A stretch of DNA of 62,984 nt, counting the filler, from Lenisia limosa (taxonomy: Eukaryota; Protista; Breviatea), in assembly GCA_001655205.1 (NCBI GenBank). It is 7 parts of 7 records of this genome, joined end to end, with 100 filler letters (N's around TTAATTAATTAA, not from the genome) between each part and the next. Parts side by side here need not be neighbours in the genome. Positions count along the whole stretch, not along the records: positions 1 to 23,304 come from LPNZ01006543.1; 6 more parts are not named here. One strand, 5' to 3'. This document shows positions 1 to 14,400 of this stretch, piece after piece. The notes beneath the pieces are model-generated. The model was not told the origin of the DNA. It was given only the letters and a program-made list of their open reading frames with translations, and did no database searches. Numbering within the stretch: position 1 is the stretch's first letter; each line of letters begins with the position of its first letter. The translations under genes were made by a program, and so were the position numbers.

Positions 1-115
1 TGAGGGGGGGTGTACTACAGAACGTAAAACCCTGACAAATTCTGTCGTCAAACAGAACATAAAATATCTTCAATATCAATAGTGTACTTAAATGGAAAGA
101 ATGAGAGCAGTTTAC

Positions 116-2203
116 CTGGGGTTGGTATCCGGAATCCGGATAGTAGTCGCGTCTCGGCTCGGGTCCCCACCAATCTCGACCCTAGTTGATAAGGAGGAAC
201 TGGGATCTGATAACCATTGACATACAAATCAGATACAGCAATACAACTAGAAGCAGTAAAATATCGATAGTTGTCGAGGATTTATCGAGAGTTCAGTTTT
301 AATTCGAACCGAAGTGAAGCCTTAAATACAACATATCATCCAGCAGTGGTGACAAAGGGTGAATTCAATAAGTTAACTTTAATAAGTAGCAATGACAAAA
401 AAGATTTATATCACCAAACCTTATCATAAGTGGAAGGAGGGTAGTTTACTGGAACAGGGGGCGGGGCGAGGGCTGAGTTGGAATGATATGTGTCACCAGC
501 ATCAATAACCTAAGAAGATGGACCATAAAAACAAATGAACAAAAACTTGTACAATGCATTATACTAACTTATTTCAGTTCCCAGAAAACGTTTAACTACC
601 CCTCAATCTTCAACAACAATTTATGCTTGAAAGGAAATCCATCCATACCTCAACATCATCCATGTACTGGGGAAGGTTCGGATTGACCATATGCTTGGGA
701 GGGGGAGGGGGGACGGGAAGGGCTTCCTGGTGGAAAGCGGGTGTTTGGTTTGGTGGGGGAGGTGGAGGGTAGGACGGCTGCTGTTCGCGGACTTGGTTTG
801 ATGGAGGTGGAGGTGGGATGGGGTTGCTCTAAGAAATGAATGAGAATAAAAGTGGTAAAATAAACATTAATAAAAAAATAAAACACCATCGAGACACATA
901 CGAGACTCAGTAAGTAATATAACAGATATATAAATAAGTTGAAAAGTGATCCTCGCCTCAATCTGTGAAATTGTTCTCACCCATTCGCTTCATACCTGTT
1001 TAGCCTGCTCCTCTTTTTCCTTCTGTAATCTCTCGGCATCCTCTTGCCTCTGACTTTCCTCTTGCTGCATCTGGAGCATCTTTTGATGTTTCTCCTCTTC
1101 CTCGATCTTCTGTTGTTGCTGCTGCTGCTTCTGCTCTTCGTGATTCTTCGCAAGCTCCATGGCCTGTTTCACTGCCGCCTGTTGGATACCCTGCTTCTGC
1201 TTCTCCTTCTCCTTAGCCTGCCTGTCTTCCTCTGCATCCTGGATAGCCTTCATCTTCTGCTCCACAATCAGGTTCGCCTGGGGGAGGGGGGGATCAGATA
1301 AGGGATGCAAATAAAGTCTTAAAAGAAACGAAAATGTGCTCTGGTTTGCACCTATAAAAAACGAATACCTTGTAACATCAAAACCGAGTATAATACCAAA
1401 GAATGATATCTCTTATATAAAACAGAAAATCAATAAAGATAAAACGAACAATCTCCCCCATCTCCCGCCAACCTGTTGTTCCGTAATTGGAGGAGGCTGT
1501 GTATGATACTCTTGCTGAGTGGGAAGGAGAGGCTGACTTTGTTCAGCCATCATATCCTGGTGCTCCATCTGCATGTGTTGTTGCTGCATCGGCATTTGCT
1601 GAACGTGAATAAGAGAGGTATCAGAGGGAGAAGTGTTCTTTAATAAAACATAGTCATTGTAGAGGGCACAAAGACAACACCACCCACCTGGCTGTATTCC
1701 ATCTGGTTAATCTGATTCATTTGTATTGCCTGGTTATCCCCCTGTTGTTGCTCGTAGGTGTTGAAGTTCATCTGTTAAGGTAAGGACCTACGGCGAAACA
1801 GCAGAACAGAATCTACAAAATACCCACCCCCAACTACCCCCTGCTGCTGCTGGTACATCTGTTGTTGGGGCTGCGGTATTTGCTGCGATTCATTCCGGAG
1901 TGGAGGAGGGGGAGGAGGTTGCATTGGTTCTTGGGGGAACTGACTCTGCTGAAACTGAGGGGGGTATCCGCCACTGTTCATGAAGTTGGGGTTTTGCAAC
2001 TGCTGTTGACCTTGCATGGGCATATTTTGTTGCATCATCTGAGGGTTATGTTGCATAGCAGGTTGTTGCTGCACCATCGGTTGCTGCATTCCTTGATGCA
2101 CCATCTGTTGGTTGAGATCTGGGAAGACAGTGTTAGGCATCTGCTGGGAGGGGTCCTGGAACCCCCCTTGGTATGGTTGCTGCATGTTATTATAGTTATA
2201 CAT
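116..2203 (-). CDS. Multi-exon Gln/Pro-rich protein with central Gln/Glu/Lys coiled coil; continues beyond window start
   Basis: Spliceable exons at about 1836-2203 (MYNYNNMQQPYQGGFQDP...), 1688-1775, 1472-1601, 995-1280 (QKMKAIQDAEEDRQAKEKEKQ...), 662-828 (poly-Pro), 407-514 and 116-209, all GT-AG bounded. No recognisable domain. Confidence 0.75.
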
Positions 2204-2472
2204 TGTACCTCTATTCACACATGCACTAAGGTTTGTGAAAGGGCAAAAAGGGGGGGGGGGGGAATTGGACAATTGGAACGCNNNNNNNNNNNNNNNNNNN
2301 NNNNNNNNNNNNNNNNNNNNNNNNNNNNNNNNNNNNNNNNNNNNNNNNNNNNNNNNNNNNGTTTGCTATTTCAGTCGTGAGAATCAGTGACTTTCAGAGA
2401 ATGTGTATATTTATATTGTAAACTAATGTGTTTTAATAAAATAATGATATTACTTTAGTGACAAATACCGAT
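2204..2472. promoter_or_regulatory. Short divergent intergenic region, probable bidirectional promoter
   Basis: Head-to-head ATGs at 2203 (-) and 2473 (+); contains an N gap. Inferred from geometry only. Confidence 0.4.
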
Positions 2473-5400
2473 ATGTTAAAGTACTTTTTCTTCTTCCTTC
2501 TTATTACTCTTTGCCTAGCGGAGCATAGGCCGATAATATGTCTTAATGGGGGAGTGAGAACCTCAGAAAATAAGTGCAACTGCATCGATGGCTGGAAGGG
2601 AGTGGCCTGTGATGGTTTGTGGTTTCTCTTTTCGGTAACACTGGAATCGGCCTTCAAATTTCACAATTTACAGTCTGTGAGTCTTCTGACACCTGTCACA
2701 CGACCCTTGGTGACGCTTTCCAATGTCATAATGAGGTCCCGATCATCTCCTCCAAGATGTTCTCCTGTCATAGTACAAGTATGAGACTATTTTAGATAGA
2801 AATACGAGAAATATCAATGACTTTCCTGTTTCCTCCACTTACCCCTCCAGCCGACTGGATCCTTGAGAAAGTCGGCGATGCTGGTATCCACTGGGGTTGC
2901 CAGTTCCCTGACTTCGACTATTCCAAGGGCTCTGGTACCTGCAATATGGATTGTAAGGGAGTAGAATCATTTCACTTTATCCGGGTTTAATCTGATACTT
3001 CCAGTAGATTCGTTTATTTTTCTCTCTAACTCATGTTTAGTTTTTTTTTTTTTTGGTTATTTTTGTCTTTTGTTCATTATTGTATTGTTAATAGAGATGA
3101 GGCTGTCATGGCCAACTATCCCCTTGAATTTATTTTCATTTACTGCTAACTGCTACTTCTACGGCCTTCTTTACCTGTTAGTTTGGCGACATCCAGATGG
3201 AGGGGAACAAGCATTCAACTGTAACATGACCGGTTGTACCCAAAAGGAGGATGGTAAGGTTAAGGCTTCTTCCTTTTGTGGGGTATTTATAGTCTTTTAC
3301 ACGTAATAATTAGCCATTTTTTATTTTGATTATTTCGATAGCTATTCAAATGCAAGTCCAAGTTGAGTTGTAACGGCTGTTTTGAAAATATTAAAATTGA
3401 CAATTCACTTCTATCACCATGTTTCCATCTGTTTCACCACAACAGGTGACGGTATTGACATTCATTGTAACGATGCACATTGCCACTGTTATAACTGTGA
3501 TTTCGCCGTGGCCATTCTCATTGATGCCTTGGAAGGTATGTGGTATTATTTACCAGACATTTTCCAGCATTTCTCAAAAAAAAACAGCATTGAAACAGTG
3601 AAAAATTGCTTCTTATTTCAGATTCTGTCTTAATTCGACACATATGCTTTCCGATATTGTAACTTTATCACCAAAATTATGTCATTACCTCGACATATTA
3701 CATCTTTAGGTGAATGCGGTATTCTTTGTAACGGAGAAAACACCTGTCGCTTCCGTCGTAAGAGGGAGCATTCATGTTAATAGGTTTTAAAAGTATAGTC
3801 ATTAAAGGTCTGAGTTACACTTCAAATAGTATTAGACCGCCAGTTTGCAACTAAATAGTACCATTCTAACCTTCTGATACCTTTATTACCCAGACCCCTA
3901 CATTGCTGAAGTTGTTCTTGAGTGTGTATCTGGTGAATGTGTGGACCGTTTACCTTTAAAACCGGTTAGTATTCTTGGAATAATGCTTCACTGTTTCTTC
4001 AACAGCCAGAGTCCCATCTCAATTTTTGCTAAATTCGGATCTACATTATTTTGGTGACACCTAGTTTACCTCATTTTGTTACTCTCTAGTCTATATACGT
4101 CGGTCCAGACTACGTTTGGGGACATATCACGCGACAGGTACGTATGGATTGGCTGTGTCTGAAATTACATTCATTGTATAAACTTTTCTGTTTTGTTCCT
4201 ATCTCCTGATGCAATTTAGGTTTTCTATGCTATCTGTAGTGTTGTTGGAGTTATGCTTCTGGGAATGATGGTAGGCAAGGAAAGAGAGCTTTGTTTGGAA
4301 AATGGACAACTGAAATTTAAAAATCGAATCCCAACTAGGTGTCCTAATTGTTTCTTATTTAGCTCTGGTGTTTTGATCATCGGCGTAAATGGCGGAGAAG
4401 TGACAGGGCTCGTGAAATCAGATTAATTCAAGCAGTATGATGGGACTCCCATTGTACATCACAGATTTACATGGTATAATCAAGGCACTTTCACTTTATT
4501 AGAGCCATAATTAACCAAAGATATTTATTGTTTTAACAGCCTAGACTGACTTGTCTGAGTATACTGTTCTGACCCAGTACGTTGGTCTGACTGCATGGCA
4601 TATCGGACGCTCCGTCAACACTAGCACTGGTGTTCTCAAAGTTGGAGGGATTGGCTGACTTGGTCTGCACGAGTCAATGTTACTGGTGCTTGGCATTGAT
4701 CATCAATTGCACTCGTATATCAATTTCTACAATGACTTCCGTTTCAATGTTGTAGTTGCCGGAAATAGATGATTGTAATTGTATAAACCATAATATTGAG
4801 AGTTAATTGACAACTTAAGTGTAGTTACATGTTTGGACTCCACATTTCACCGCTTCCCCCACTAGGTTCTTTCAGATACGTCTTTCCACATTCCAACTGG
4901 TGCTCTCTGTGCTATTCTTGGCGAATCGGGGTTGGTGTGGATTTCAAAATCGAAATAGTCTGGGCATAATTTTCATTGAGGAGTTGTACGTGCATCAGGT
5001 AAAAGCAATCTTTTTTTGCCCAATGTCACAATTTAGTTCAGGCAAAACCACTGCGCTTGACATCCTTGCTGGTAGAATGAAGGGTGACCCTGGTAAGCCG
5101 TAGTATTCACGCATTGCTATTACCAATACATGAAGTACTATACTATATGCATATGTTGATCATACTTTTTTCAACGCACTCACGTAAGTTGTCAAAGTAT
5201 CCTATCAAGTGATATTCGATAAAGTTGCCGTTGACCACAGCTAACAAAAGTGTCTATTTTTACCCAAAAAGGGACAATTGGCAAGGTGCTCTTTAATGGA
5301 CGTGAACCAACCGCTGCTCAGATCGCGAGAAACTCAAGGTAGTCATTTCTGTCTTAATCAGCCTTGGGAAAAAACTAACAGAACACCGCCATACTTGCAT

Positions 5401-8400
5401 TTTGTTTTGTACCTTTGCTTCTTGTATTATACCTCATTCAATCCAATGGAGGAGAATAATCAACCCCAAGTCTTATTCTTCAGTTACATTGAGCAAGATG
5501 ATTCATTCATCGCTACGCTGACATGTCGCGAGACAGTTCGCTCCTACGCACTCCTCAGCCTCCCGTCATCGATGCCGCATCACGTAAAGAACATGCTAGC
5601 GGACCAGGCCCTTGATGACCTCGGTTTAACACACATCGCGTCTTCGCGTGTGGGCGATACGCTAAAACGAGGCATTTCCACAGGCGAACGACGGCGTCTC
5701 AGTATTGCGTGTAGAGTGGGGGGTTGGGTAAATATTGCAGTTTATTAGGGGTGGGACTAAAACTGGCATGATTATATCGTATGGAGCAGTATTAGCTGTA
5801 GAGTTGGAGGAACTAATTGGAAGGGGGTACATTTTTTGAATGTATGTGTTGGGGGGGGGGGGGGCTTTAGGCCTGNNNNNNNNNNNNNNNNNNNNNNNNN
5901 NNNNNNNNNNNNNNNNNNNNNNNNNNNNNNNNNNNNNNNNNNNNNNNNNNNNNNNNNNNNNNNNNCTTTGGCCTTAATTGTATTTAGATTGTTTCAGCCA
6001 AGCCAGTGATTTTCCTTGATGAACCAAGTGGGTGGGATAGGACTTCAATACAAATGAATAATATCAATCATGAACGTAAAGGTCTTTCAAGCACTATGGG
6101 TTATGAGTATTATGATATCATAAAACACTAAAATGGTAACATTCCATATATTATATACTACATAACAAGCTAAAGTAGTGTGCATTTTGTTCTCTTCCAC
6201 ACTAACGCCCTTTAGCAAGTGGACTTGATGCTCATAATGCCCGGGCGGTCATGGACGGACTTCAGACAATGGCCCGAAGAGGACACACCGTTGTAGCATC
6301 CCTCCATCAACCAAGGTAAGAGATACATATCGATATAGATTTGGCTCGACTGTTGGATCAATATCCAATCTTAACCAGCAATTGTCTAGTTGACTGGGTT
6401 ATATCGTAGTTTCCTCTATCCACGATCAGAGTTCATCTTTTGTTTTCATATCTTCAGAACGGAGGTAGTGTCAATGTTTGACCGCATTATCCTGCTCTCC
6501 CATGGCCGTGCCGTTTTTGCAGGTACCGCTGACCATGCTCAAGACTTCTTTGCAAGTTGGTTGTGGCCCGTGATGGGAGGGGGAGGGGTGGTCTAATGAA
6601 TATACAATCAGAGCCACCACGAGAATGTCTGCAATCACATCTGACATTATCAGGTATTGGGCACCCGGTACCGGAGCTTTGTAACCCTGCTGACCATTAC
6701 ATTGATATCCTCACTGGTATGTTTTTGGTTACCTTATTGTGAGCTCAACTGGTATGTTTTTGGTTACCTTATTACTATGATGATAGGTTTTTACCTTGTT
6801 ATTTGTTATCCTCACTGCTAATTGATAACTTAATGATGGTATTGTTTGTGGAATGTATTGAGGCAGAAAGAGCTTCACAATGGCCACCTATGAATATCCA
6901 ATAAAGCATAAGAAGCTCCAACTCAGAGTTGATTCGGGGTTTTGTTTTAAGTGTTTTACTCCTCAGCCGGCTCGGCTGAGGACCGTTCGGCTTACATTGC
7001 GCAATTCGACTCATCGGAAGTCGGCCGAATAGCCCGGGCCGAGGCCTCTCAATGGGCTACTGCGGGAGGTGTTGATCGGGTTGGGGGGAGGGGGCGTATT
7101 CTTTTATCAAAACGTAAGAAAATTCGTTTCAGTTATATAAGATGATCTCTCTTATATATCATATGATCCTATCAAATTATATGGTTGATAAGGCAGCCTC
7201 TTATATATAATATGATCCTGTCACATTCTTTGGTTGATAATGCAGTCCCTCCCATCCGACTATCCGTCATCATGGTCCACTCAGCTCAAGGTCCTCACCG
7301 TTCGGTCTTGGAAGGATCTGGTGAAGGGGGGTATTGTAAAGTGGCATTGCGAGGCTTTTCAAAAAAATGCATTGAATAATTATACTATTAGGCAATCCCA
7401 CAAATGACAGTAACCTTAGATTCCGTTTCAGTGTACTTTGTTCATCATGACCCCTACAAACTGATCCCTTATGGCCTTACAACTCAGGTCCGAAACCCTT
7501 TCATGCTTCGTGCCCATTGGATTGGTGCTCTAATCCTTGGCCTTTCTATCGGTTAAGTGGGATCGTGGAGAGGGGATAGCTTTCTTTTGAATTATTTTGT
7601 AATTGCACCTGTTTGAGTAGATATTATTGCTCGTATTTCACATGTTCTAATCTCAATTCCATTCACCCCCTCCCAGGCCTAATCTTCTGGAACGCCACCT
7701 CCACCAACGCTGGGGTCCAGAACCGACTGGGGGTTCTCTTTTTCCTCTGTGCAGTCATCGGTTTCGGCAACTTGTCGGCTGTGGACGTCTTCCTAAACCA
7801 ACGCGTCCTTCTGACTCGCGAGCGGGCGGCTGGTCTTTATAGGTAATGGGGGGGGGGGCAATATGGTTTGTTAATTAAGGTTGAGCAGTTGAGATCATGA
7901 GTCTTGTTTTTACATTACTAGGCCATTCACGCACTTCTTTGCTCAGTTCTTCTGCGATTTTATCCCGTTACGGATCATCCCTCCTTCCATCATAGCCATC
8001 TGCATCTACAAACTTGTTGGCCTTTATCCTTCAACTGGTGGGTAACATTAAGGTTACGACATAATAGCGCTCCATGAAATGTCTACTTTTTAATGAGGTC
8101 GTGTATCAGACAATGTTGAAGAGCATAGAACAATCAAGCACTAGTATTATAATAACCCAAGACCATTGCTCATTTCACTCGTTCAGCCCGATTGATGACG
8201 TTCCTCACTGTTACCAATTTGGTCTCAGCAGCAACAAGGTACGAACATCCAGAGCTACATCGTTCAATACTTCGGTATAATTTATGATTATGAAGCCGTA
8301 GTAGACGTGTGTGGTTATTCTCAGGAAGGCCTGAATGTATTCAACTGGTATTTGTGTTACCCCCCCCCACCCCCNNNNNNNNNNNNNNNNNNNNNNNNNN

Positions 8401-11400
8401 NNNNNNNNNNNNNNNNNNNNNNNNNNNNNNNNNNNNNNNNNNNNNNNNNNNNNNTGCCTTTCGAGATCCAGTGGACTTGGCAACCTTGTAGCTGGTGAGG
8501 GCTTGGTGCTGCATGCGATAAGGGGATTTCTCTGACTTACCAAATATGAGCCTTATTTCTTTTGGGAATACGCATCGCAGTTGAATGGTGATAGAAAGAG
8601 TCAGAAAAAGCGACGATAATTCATATGCATCTAGTTATTCTTCTTCTCTTCAATTTGCTGTTCTGCGGATTTCTCCTCAACAAGATGGAGATGGCCCCTG
8701 GACTCAGCAGTTTGCGCCACTTCTCATTCTTTAATTACGCCTATGAGGTATGTAGGTAGTGTTGAAACTACATTATTCAATATATCTTTTTTATTATATA
8801 TGTATAGTCAAAGCTCCGGACATCATTCAAAATTCCCGGACACATCAAAACTCCCGGACAGCTTGAGTTTTTCATACAAAATCACCATAAACCACCTAGA
8901 AACCCTATTTCCCTTCTGTTTTTGAAAGTAATCTCAATCTTAATCAAATAATGAAACACCAATTTAACATATTATCGGGTCAAAACCAAATTAAGTCCCT
9001 AAGCTCTCTATTAACGGTCCAAAAACGGTCAAAAACAAGCAAAAACCGTTATAAAAGGCCACATTCAAGAAATAAATGGCAACTATCCGGGAAAGTTTAC
9101 CCCTGTTGACAGTGCTATTTTTAGCATTTTTTCCTCAAAATTCACCATTGCATAGCCAAAGCAAATGGGAACCCGGAACCAATTACTCCGAGGGGTACAA
9201 ATTTTTGTTTNNNNNNNNNNNNNNNNNNNNNNNNNNNNNNNNNNNNNNNNNNNNNNNNNNNNNNNNNNNNNNNNNNNNNNNNNNNNNNNNNNNNNNNNNN
9301 NNNNNNNNNNNNNNNNNNNNNNNNNNNNNNNNNNNNNNNNNNNNNNNNNNNNNNNNNNNNNNNNNNNNNNNNNNNNNNNNNNNNNNNNNNNCAAGGACAA
9401 AATCATCAAAGTCATTATTCTCTTTGTTCAAGTATATTGAGTTGATAACCATGAATAATGAAGCATCATAAAGGCGCAATAAGTCTGAAAAAATGCTTAT
9501 AAATGTTGTTGGCAGAATGTGTAGACGTTCCTGACGTTTTAGGCCCTGGTAGCCAATGAGTTCAAGGGACAGTGGGTGTGGTGGAAGTGGCAGGGAGACA
9601 TTCTTCATCTTGACGGAGAAGAAATGATAAAGGTGAGGGAGGGGAGCTTTTTCGTACAAGCTATATCTGTTTTTGTGACTGAAGATTGATATGAAGCATA
9701 CAGTTAACTGGGTAGATATTTGGGCTAGACCCCCATGCGGTACGGCATGATCAATACGTCCTATGTGGCATCGTGGTGATCTACTTCCTGCTTGCCTACG
9801 CAATGGTCTACTTCATCACGGCACCTCGGTTTGGCAAGAAGGGGCTGATGAACAAGATCTATTGATACGAAAGTAATAAATATATTGTTGAGATGCAGAT
9901 AAGGAATTTTTTATTAATATTTGAGGACCTGACGGTTTTAGATACACGCTCCGATTTTTCCACCGTAAATCCCGGCTTTTTGCCTCGAATGTGTCTTCTG
10001 TAGCCGCCCCCGTTCGTCCCATACCAAGGTCCTACGCTGCAGTTTTGAGTGAAGTATGCTGGGGTGCTGAGCATTGGTTCAAAACATGAATTTCTTGATA
10101 TTTCTTCGATTTAATTTTGAGGTTTTCTCTGTCAGGGATTGCCTATCAGGGCCACTTTAGGGAAACAGGATATTCTTTGCTGTAACACTATTCTATGTAC
10201 ATGCCTTTGCTCTCTTGAAAGTTGCCTTTATTAAGCTGATCTTGTAGCTGGGTGAGACTATCTATCAATACAGTCCTCATATCTACATCATACAATTATC
10301 ATTCAACTTATTGCTGTTCTCGGGTGGTGGCAGCTCTCCGCTTGATACCTCTCACCCTCGTAGAATTCGCCCCCCCACGCAGGCATCCCGAGCGACACAG
10401 CTGCTATGATCCCGGGGCTGAACCCCGACACCCAGGTTTGCTGAAGGTCATGATTTTAGGCATCCAACTATTCTAACAATGACGACTCCTTTCGCATTAC
10501 AATGGAATTTCTTTGAAAAAATATCGATATATTCAGTCTTTTTTGGGACCATAGGGAAGCCCTAGTTTGTTTATTGTCCTTATTTACCCCCACCTCCCAT
10601 CTTATGGTCGCTTTTGGCGAAGAGATGCTCTTTGTGCGATACATGCCACGGCCGATTTCACCACATAGAGACGCTTAGCTGCCTCAGTCATGCCCTTTGA
10701 AGAGGGTCGCGAGAGTCAAAGGGCCCTCCCGGGAGACCAGCATGTTCTGAGCGATGTTAATTGGGGCGATGTCAGGACTGCTATGGTGGAAGTCATGGCC
10801 CGCAATGTGTCCGTTACAGTCGATAAGGGGTGAGCATGGGACTACAACAATCACCAAATTTTTCTGTTGTTTCTCAGAAATACTTTTTATTTTTCAAAGA
10901 AAACCTGTGTTTTAACACCCCACCCTAACCAGGGATCGAGATCTGAAGGTGCTGCACCCGCTTTCTCTCATTATTCGGTCCGGCAAACTCACGGCCATAA
11001 TTGGGGAATCCGGGGCTGGTAAAACAACCCTGCTTGATGTTTTGGCTGGTGGGGGGGTACTGGGGAAGATGGTCTAGTATATGATAAATGATAGCATATG
11101 ATATGTGCAAGAAATTTTACGTAAACAATTCACTTGCTCGGACGTCGTCGTAACAGGTATTTAGGCCGAGCCAAGTCGGACAAGGGTGGAGCAGTGTTCT
11201 TCAACTCCGTTCGCGCATCATTCAACAACAGCAATGTCAAACACATCATGGGGTATGTATGGGACATGTAACATCAACGCAACTCAATATGTATTGTATA
11301 ATACATAATACTGAAGGCAAACCCTGACAATCAATTACCGTTAATGATCAGAATGTTGGTCACATTTTGACTATCATTGTAATAATTTTGCAACGTTTCA

Positions 11401-14400
11401 CACCACAGCTACGTTGAGTCCGAAGACAGTCAGATTGCAGTGATGACTGTGACAGAATCCCTGCAGTTTGCTGCGAGGCTGCTCCTACCTAAGTCAATTT
11501 CAAAGGAGGTGGGTTGGATAAATAGCTTTTTCTGGGTTAAATGTTAAACCACGCTTCTGTTGATAATCAGGTGTTGAAAAATCCTATCATTATTGCCTGC
11601 TAATATGGAGGTGTGGAGGTTTCGACTGGTGTCCCCTCTGTGTGCTCTCTTTTTCTTTCATTTAGAAAATTTTCTTCATATTATCACATTTTACAACATA
11701 ATACTATTGATATTGATATGATGTATTAGGACCGGCAGCAGCGTGTAACAGAAGTCATTGCTGACCTCTCACTCACCCATGTCAAGGATCACAGAGTAGG
11801 CATTTTGTTGTTTTAATTGTATGATATACAGTGCAAGGGGTCCATATTTTGCTGTTTCTAATTTTATTGCATTCTACATATATATGTGCATACATACCCT
11901 TGCTCCCTCGAAACCATCTCAATCATGAATGGCTCTCCCTGACACTCTAGGTTGGAAATACCATGCACCGAGGAATCAGTGGAGGTAAGTATAACATAAA
12001 TTGAGCTATGAAAATAAAAAAATAAAAACAAATGATTATCTAGTATACATATTATAAATCCCTATACTCCTTCGTTTCACTGTGTAGGTGAGAGAAGGCG
12101 ACTCAGTATTGCTATTCAGGTCATTTCTGCTCCACCCGTCATATTCCTTGATGAACCAAGTGGGGGGGTTGTGAACATGATCTTTTTTCTCTACACCCCT
12201 TTTCTTCATATTCTCAAGATTCACTATAATCTTAAAAGTCTACTTTTATCAAACCTAAATGCACTTTCACAGCCGTGTTTTACTTACCCTTCTGTACTCA
12301 TGAAATATTATTCTTTGCATCACATTATGCTAACTCCTATAGCAAGTGGCTTGGACGCCCACAACGCGAGGACCGTAGTAGAAGGTCTGTACTACCTGGC
12401 CAATACTAAGGGGCATACAATTGCTGCAGTCTTGCACCAGCCGAGGTGAGTACTATAATTTGAAGTGTGAACTCCATTAATAGAAAATTACTCTTGGTAC
12501 GATGAACCTTAGCTTACATATCATCTGGGATTTGAAGTTCCTGGTACACTGCTTCCTTTTGTTGTTTCCTCACTCTTGTTTTTTTTACATTATAGCCAAT
12601 AAAGCTAATTTTATTTTATAATTTTACCCCCCCCCCCCNNNNNNNNNNNNNNNNNNNNNNNNNNNNNNNNNNNNNNNNNNNNNNNNNNNNNNNNNNNNNN
12701 NNNNNNNNNNNNNNNNNNNNNNNNNNNNNNNNNAGGGCGATTGGTCTACTCAGGCCCGTCGTCTGACGCAGTGGCTCATTTCGAGGCTCTTGGTGGGGGA
12801 GGAGAAGTTATCGTGTATATAATCATTGCAGATGCCCAGTTTAACGGATGTGATAGTCATATACTAGTATATATAAATATATACAGATGTATGTATTATA
12901 TCATATGTAATACTAGTAGACATTTAAACTCGTTTTGACTTCAAATTTTCCCCCTCTATTGATCCCACAGGATTCCCGTTCCCGTCCCACACCAACCCAG
13001 CCGACTTCTTAATGGACGTAACAATGTATGCAGTCATCTTACAATCAACCTGCTTTATTTCCACTTTGAAGAACAGAAGAGTTTTACTTTATTGTTATCC
13101 TCCTGGTTGTAGTTTCATTCACTTCCCAGGTCTTCTGACCTCCCCGATGATGAAGACTTCACCCCTGTCATCCCATCCATGCTTGCAGGTTTGTTGCATG
13201 GTAGCGATACGGTCGAAAATCTACTGTTTTGTCGCTTCGAAAAGATTTACATCTTCTGGGGAAGCTTCTAACAGATAACTCCTTTTTGTTCCACATTTCT
13301 TACATCCATGACCCCGTCTAGGTCCCATAAGTCCGCACACAGTTGCGACAGTTCGCTCGCCCCCGGTGGAAATCCCCACTACACCCACAATTATCCGAAG
13401 CCCTAATCACATCGTCGGTACCCCAGGTGCGTTCTATTCATTTCATTTGAACATAAAATATAAATTTACTGCCTGGCCATAGCTGTATTTGTAAACAAAC
13501 AGCATGAACACAGTTTAATTATGATGGCTCTAACTGCTGTGTTTTCGATTCCGACCGTTTCAAATTCTGATCTGTCAAAAAATACTCATTTTCTACAGGA
13601 GTCCCACCTGACTTCTCAATTGCACAAGAGGAGGTGCTTGGCCTACCGACTTCCCTGGACTCAGAGGAGGGATTCGGGTTCGAGTATGATGGCATTCACA
13701 TCAGTATTGTAAACATTATATTTCTGATACTTCTTTTATGTCATAAATGAGTTGGTCTAAGCTTTGCAGATCAACTGTATATGACGACGAAGGAAGCAGG
13801 TTAATTACTCCAGTCCGAATGTAGGGGTGATTGAATAGAAGCCAAATTGTGGTGGAGGTAATAAGAAAATTTGAGGCATGGGTGATGAACGCATTCAATA
13901 CCTTTAAATTGGCAATTCATCAAGCTCACTCCCTAGACCCTCGGCAGACCACCCGTTAGCGACTTTAGACACCCGGTCAAAGTGGCTCAATGAAATGTTC
14001 AACAAATCCAAATATGGCAACTGTTGGTGATTGTCTTTTTTTTATCCAAATCGTGCAGACGCTTAGTCAAACAATATAAAACTGCAAGAAAAAGTTTTCA
14101 TAACGCTCACTCCTTGATAATACTCCCCCAATCACCCACTAATCCCTACCCTATCTCATTCAGCCCTCTCCGATCGCGTGTCCCTGCTTTTACCAATTGG
14201 TGAGTCCATCAACGAAATGTCCCCCACGGTTCCTGTTGTCGGCCACCACAGCCTGCCGTACCCCCGTGCAAGGTACGTGGTAGTAAGAATGAAAGAAATT
14301 CTCACATTTACAGCTATGTTGAAATTTTTAAACAGAAAGTGTTATTTTGGTGGGATATGAGCCCTTTCTTCTTTGAAAACTTATTATTTAGTTCTCAAGA

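Noticed and set aside
1044-2380. Plus-strand Leu-rich ORFs 1044-1301 and 1862-2380 that look like membrane proteins
   Set aside because: Antisense shadows of CAG/GAG-rich codons in the minus-strand Gln-rich gene.
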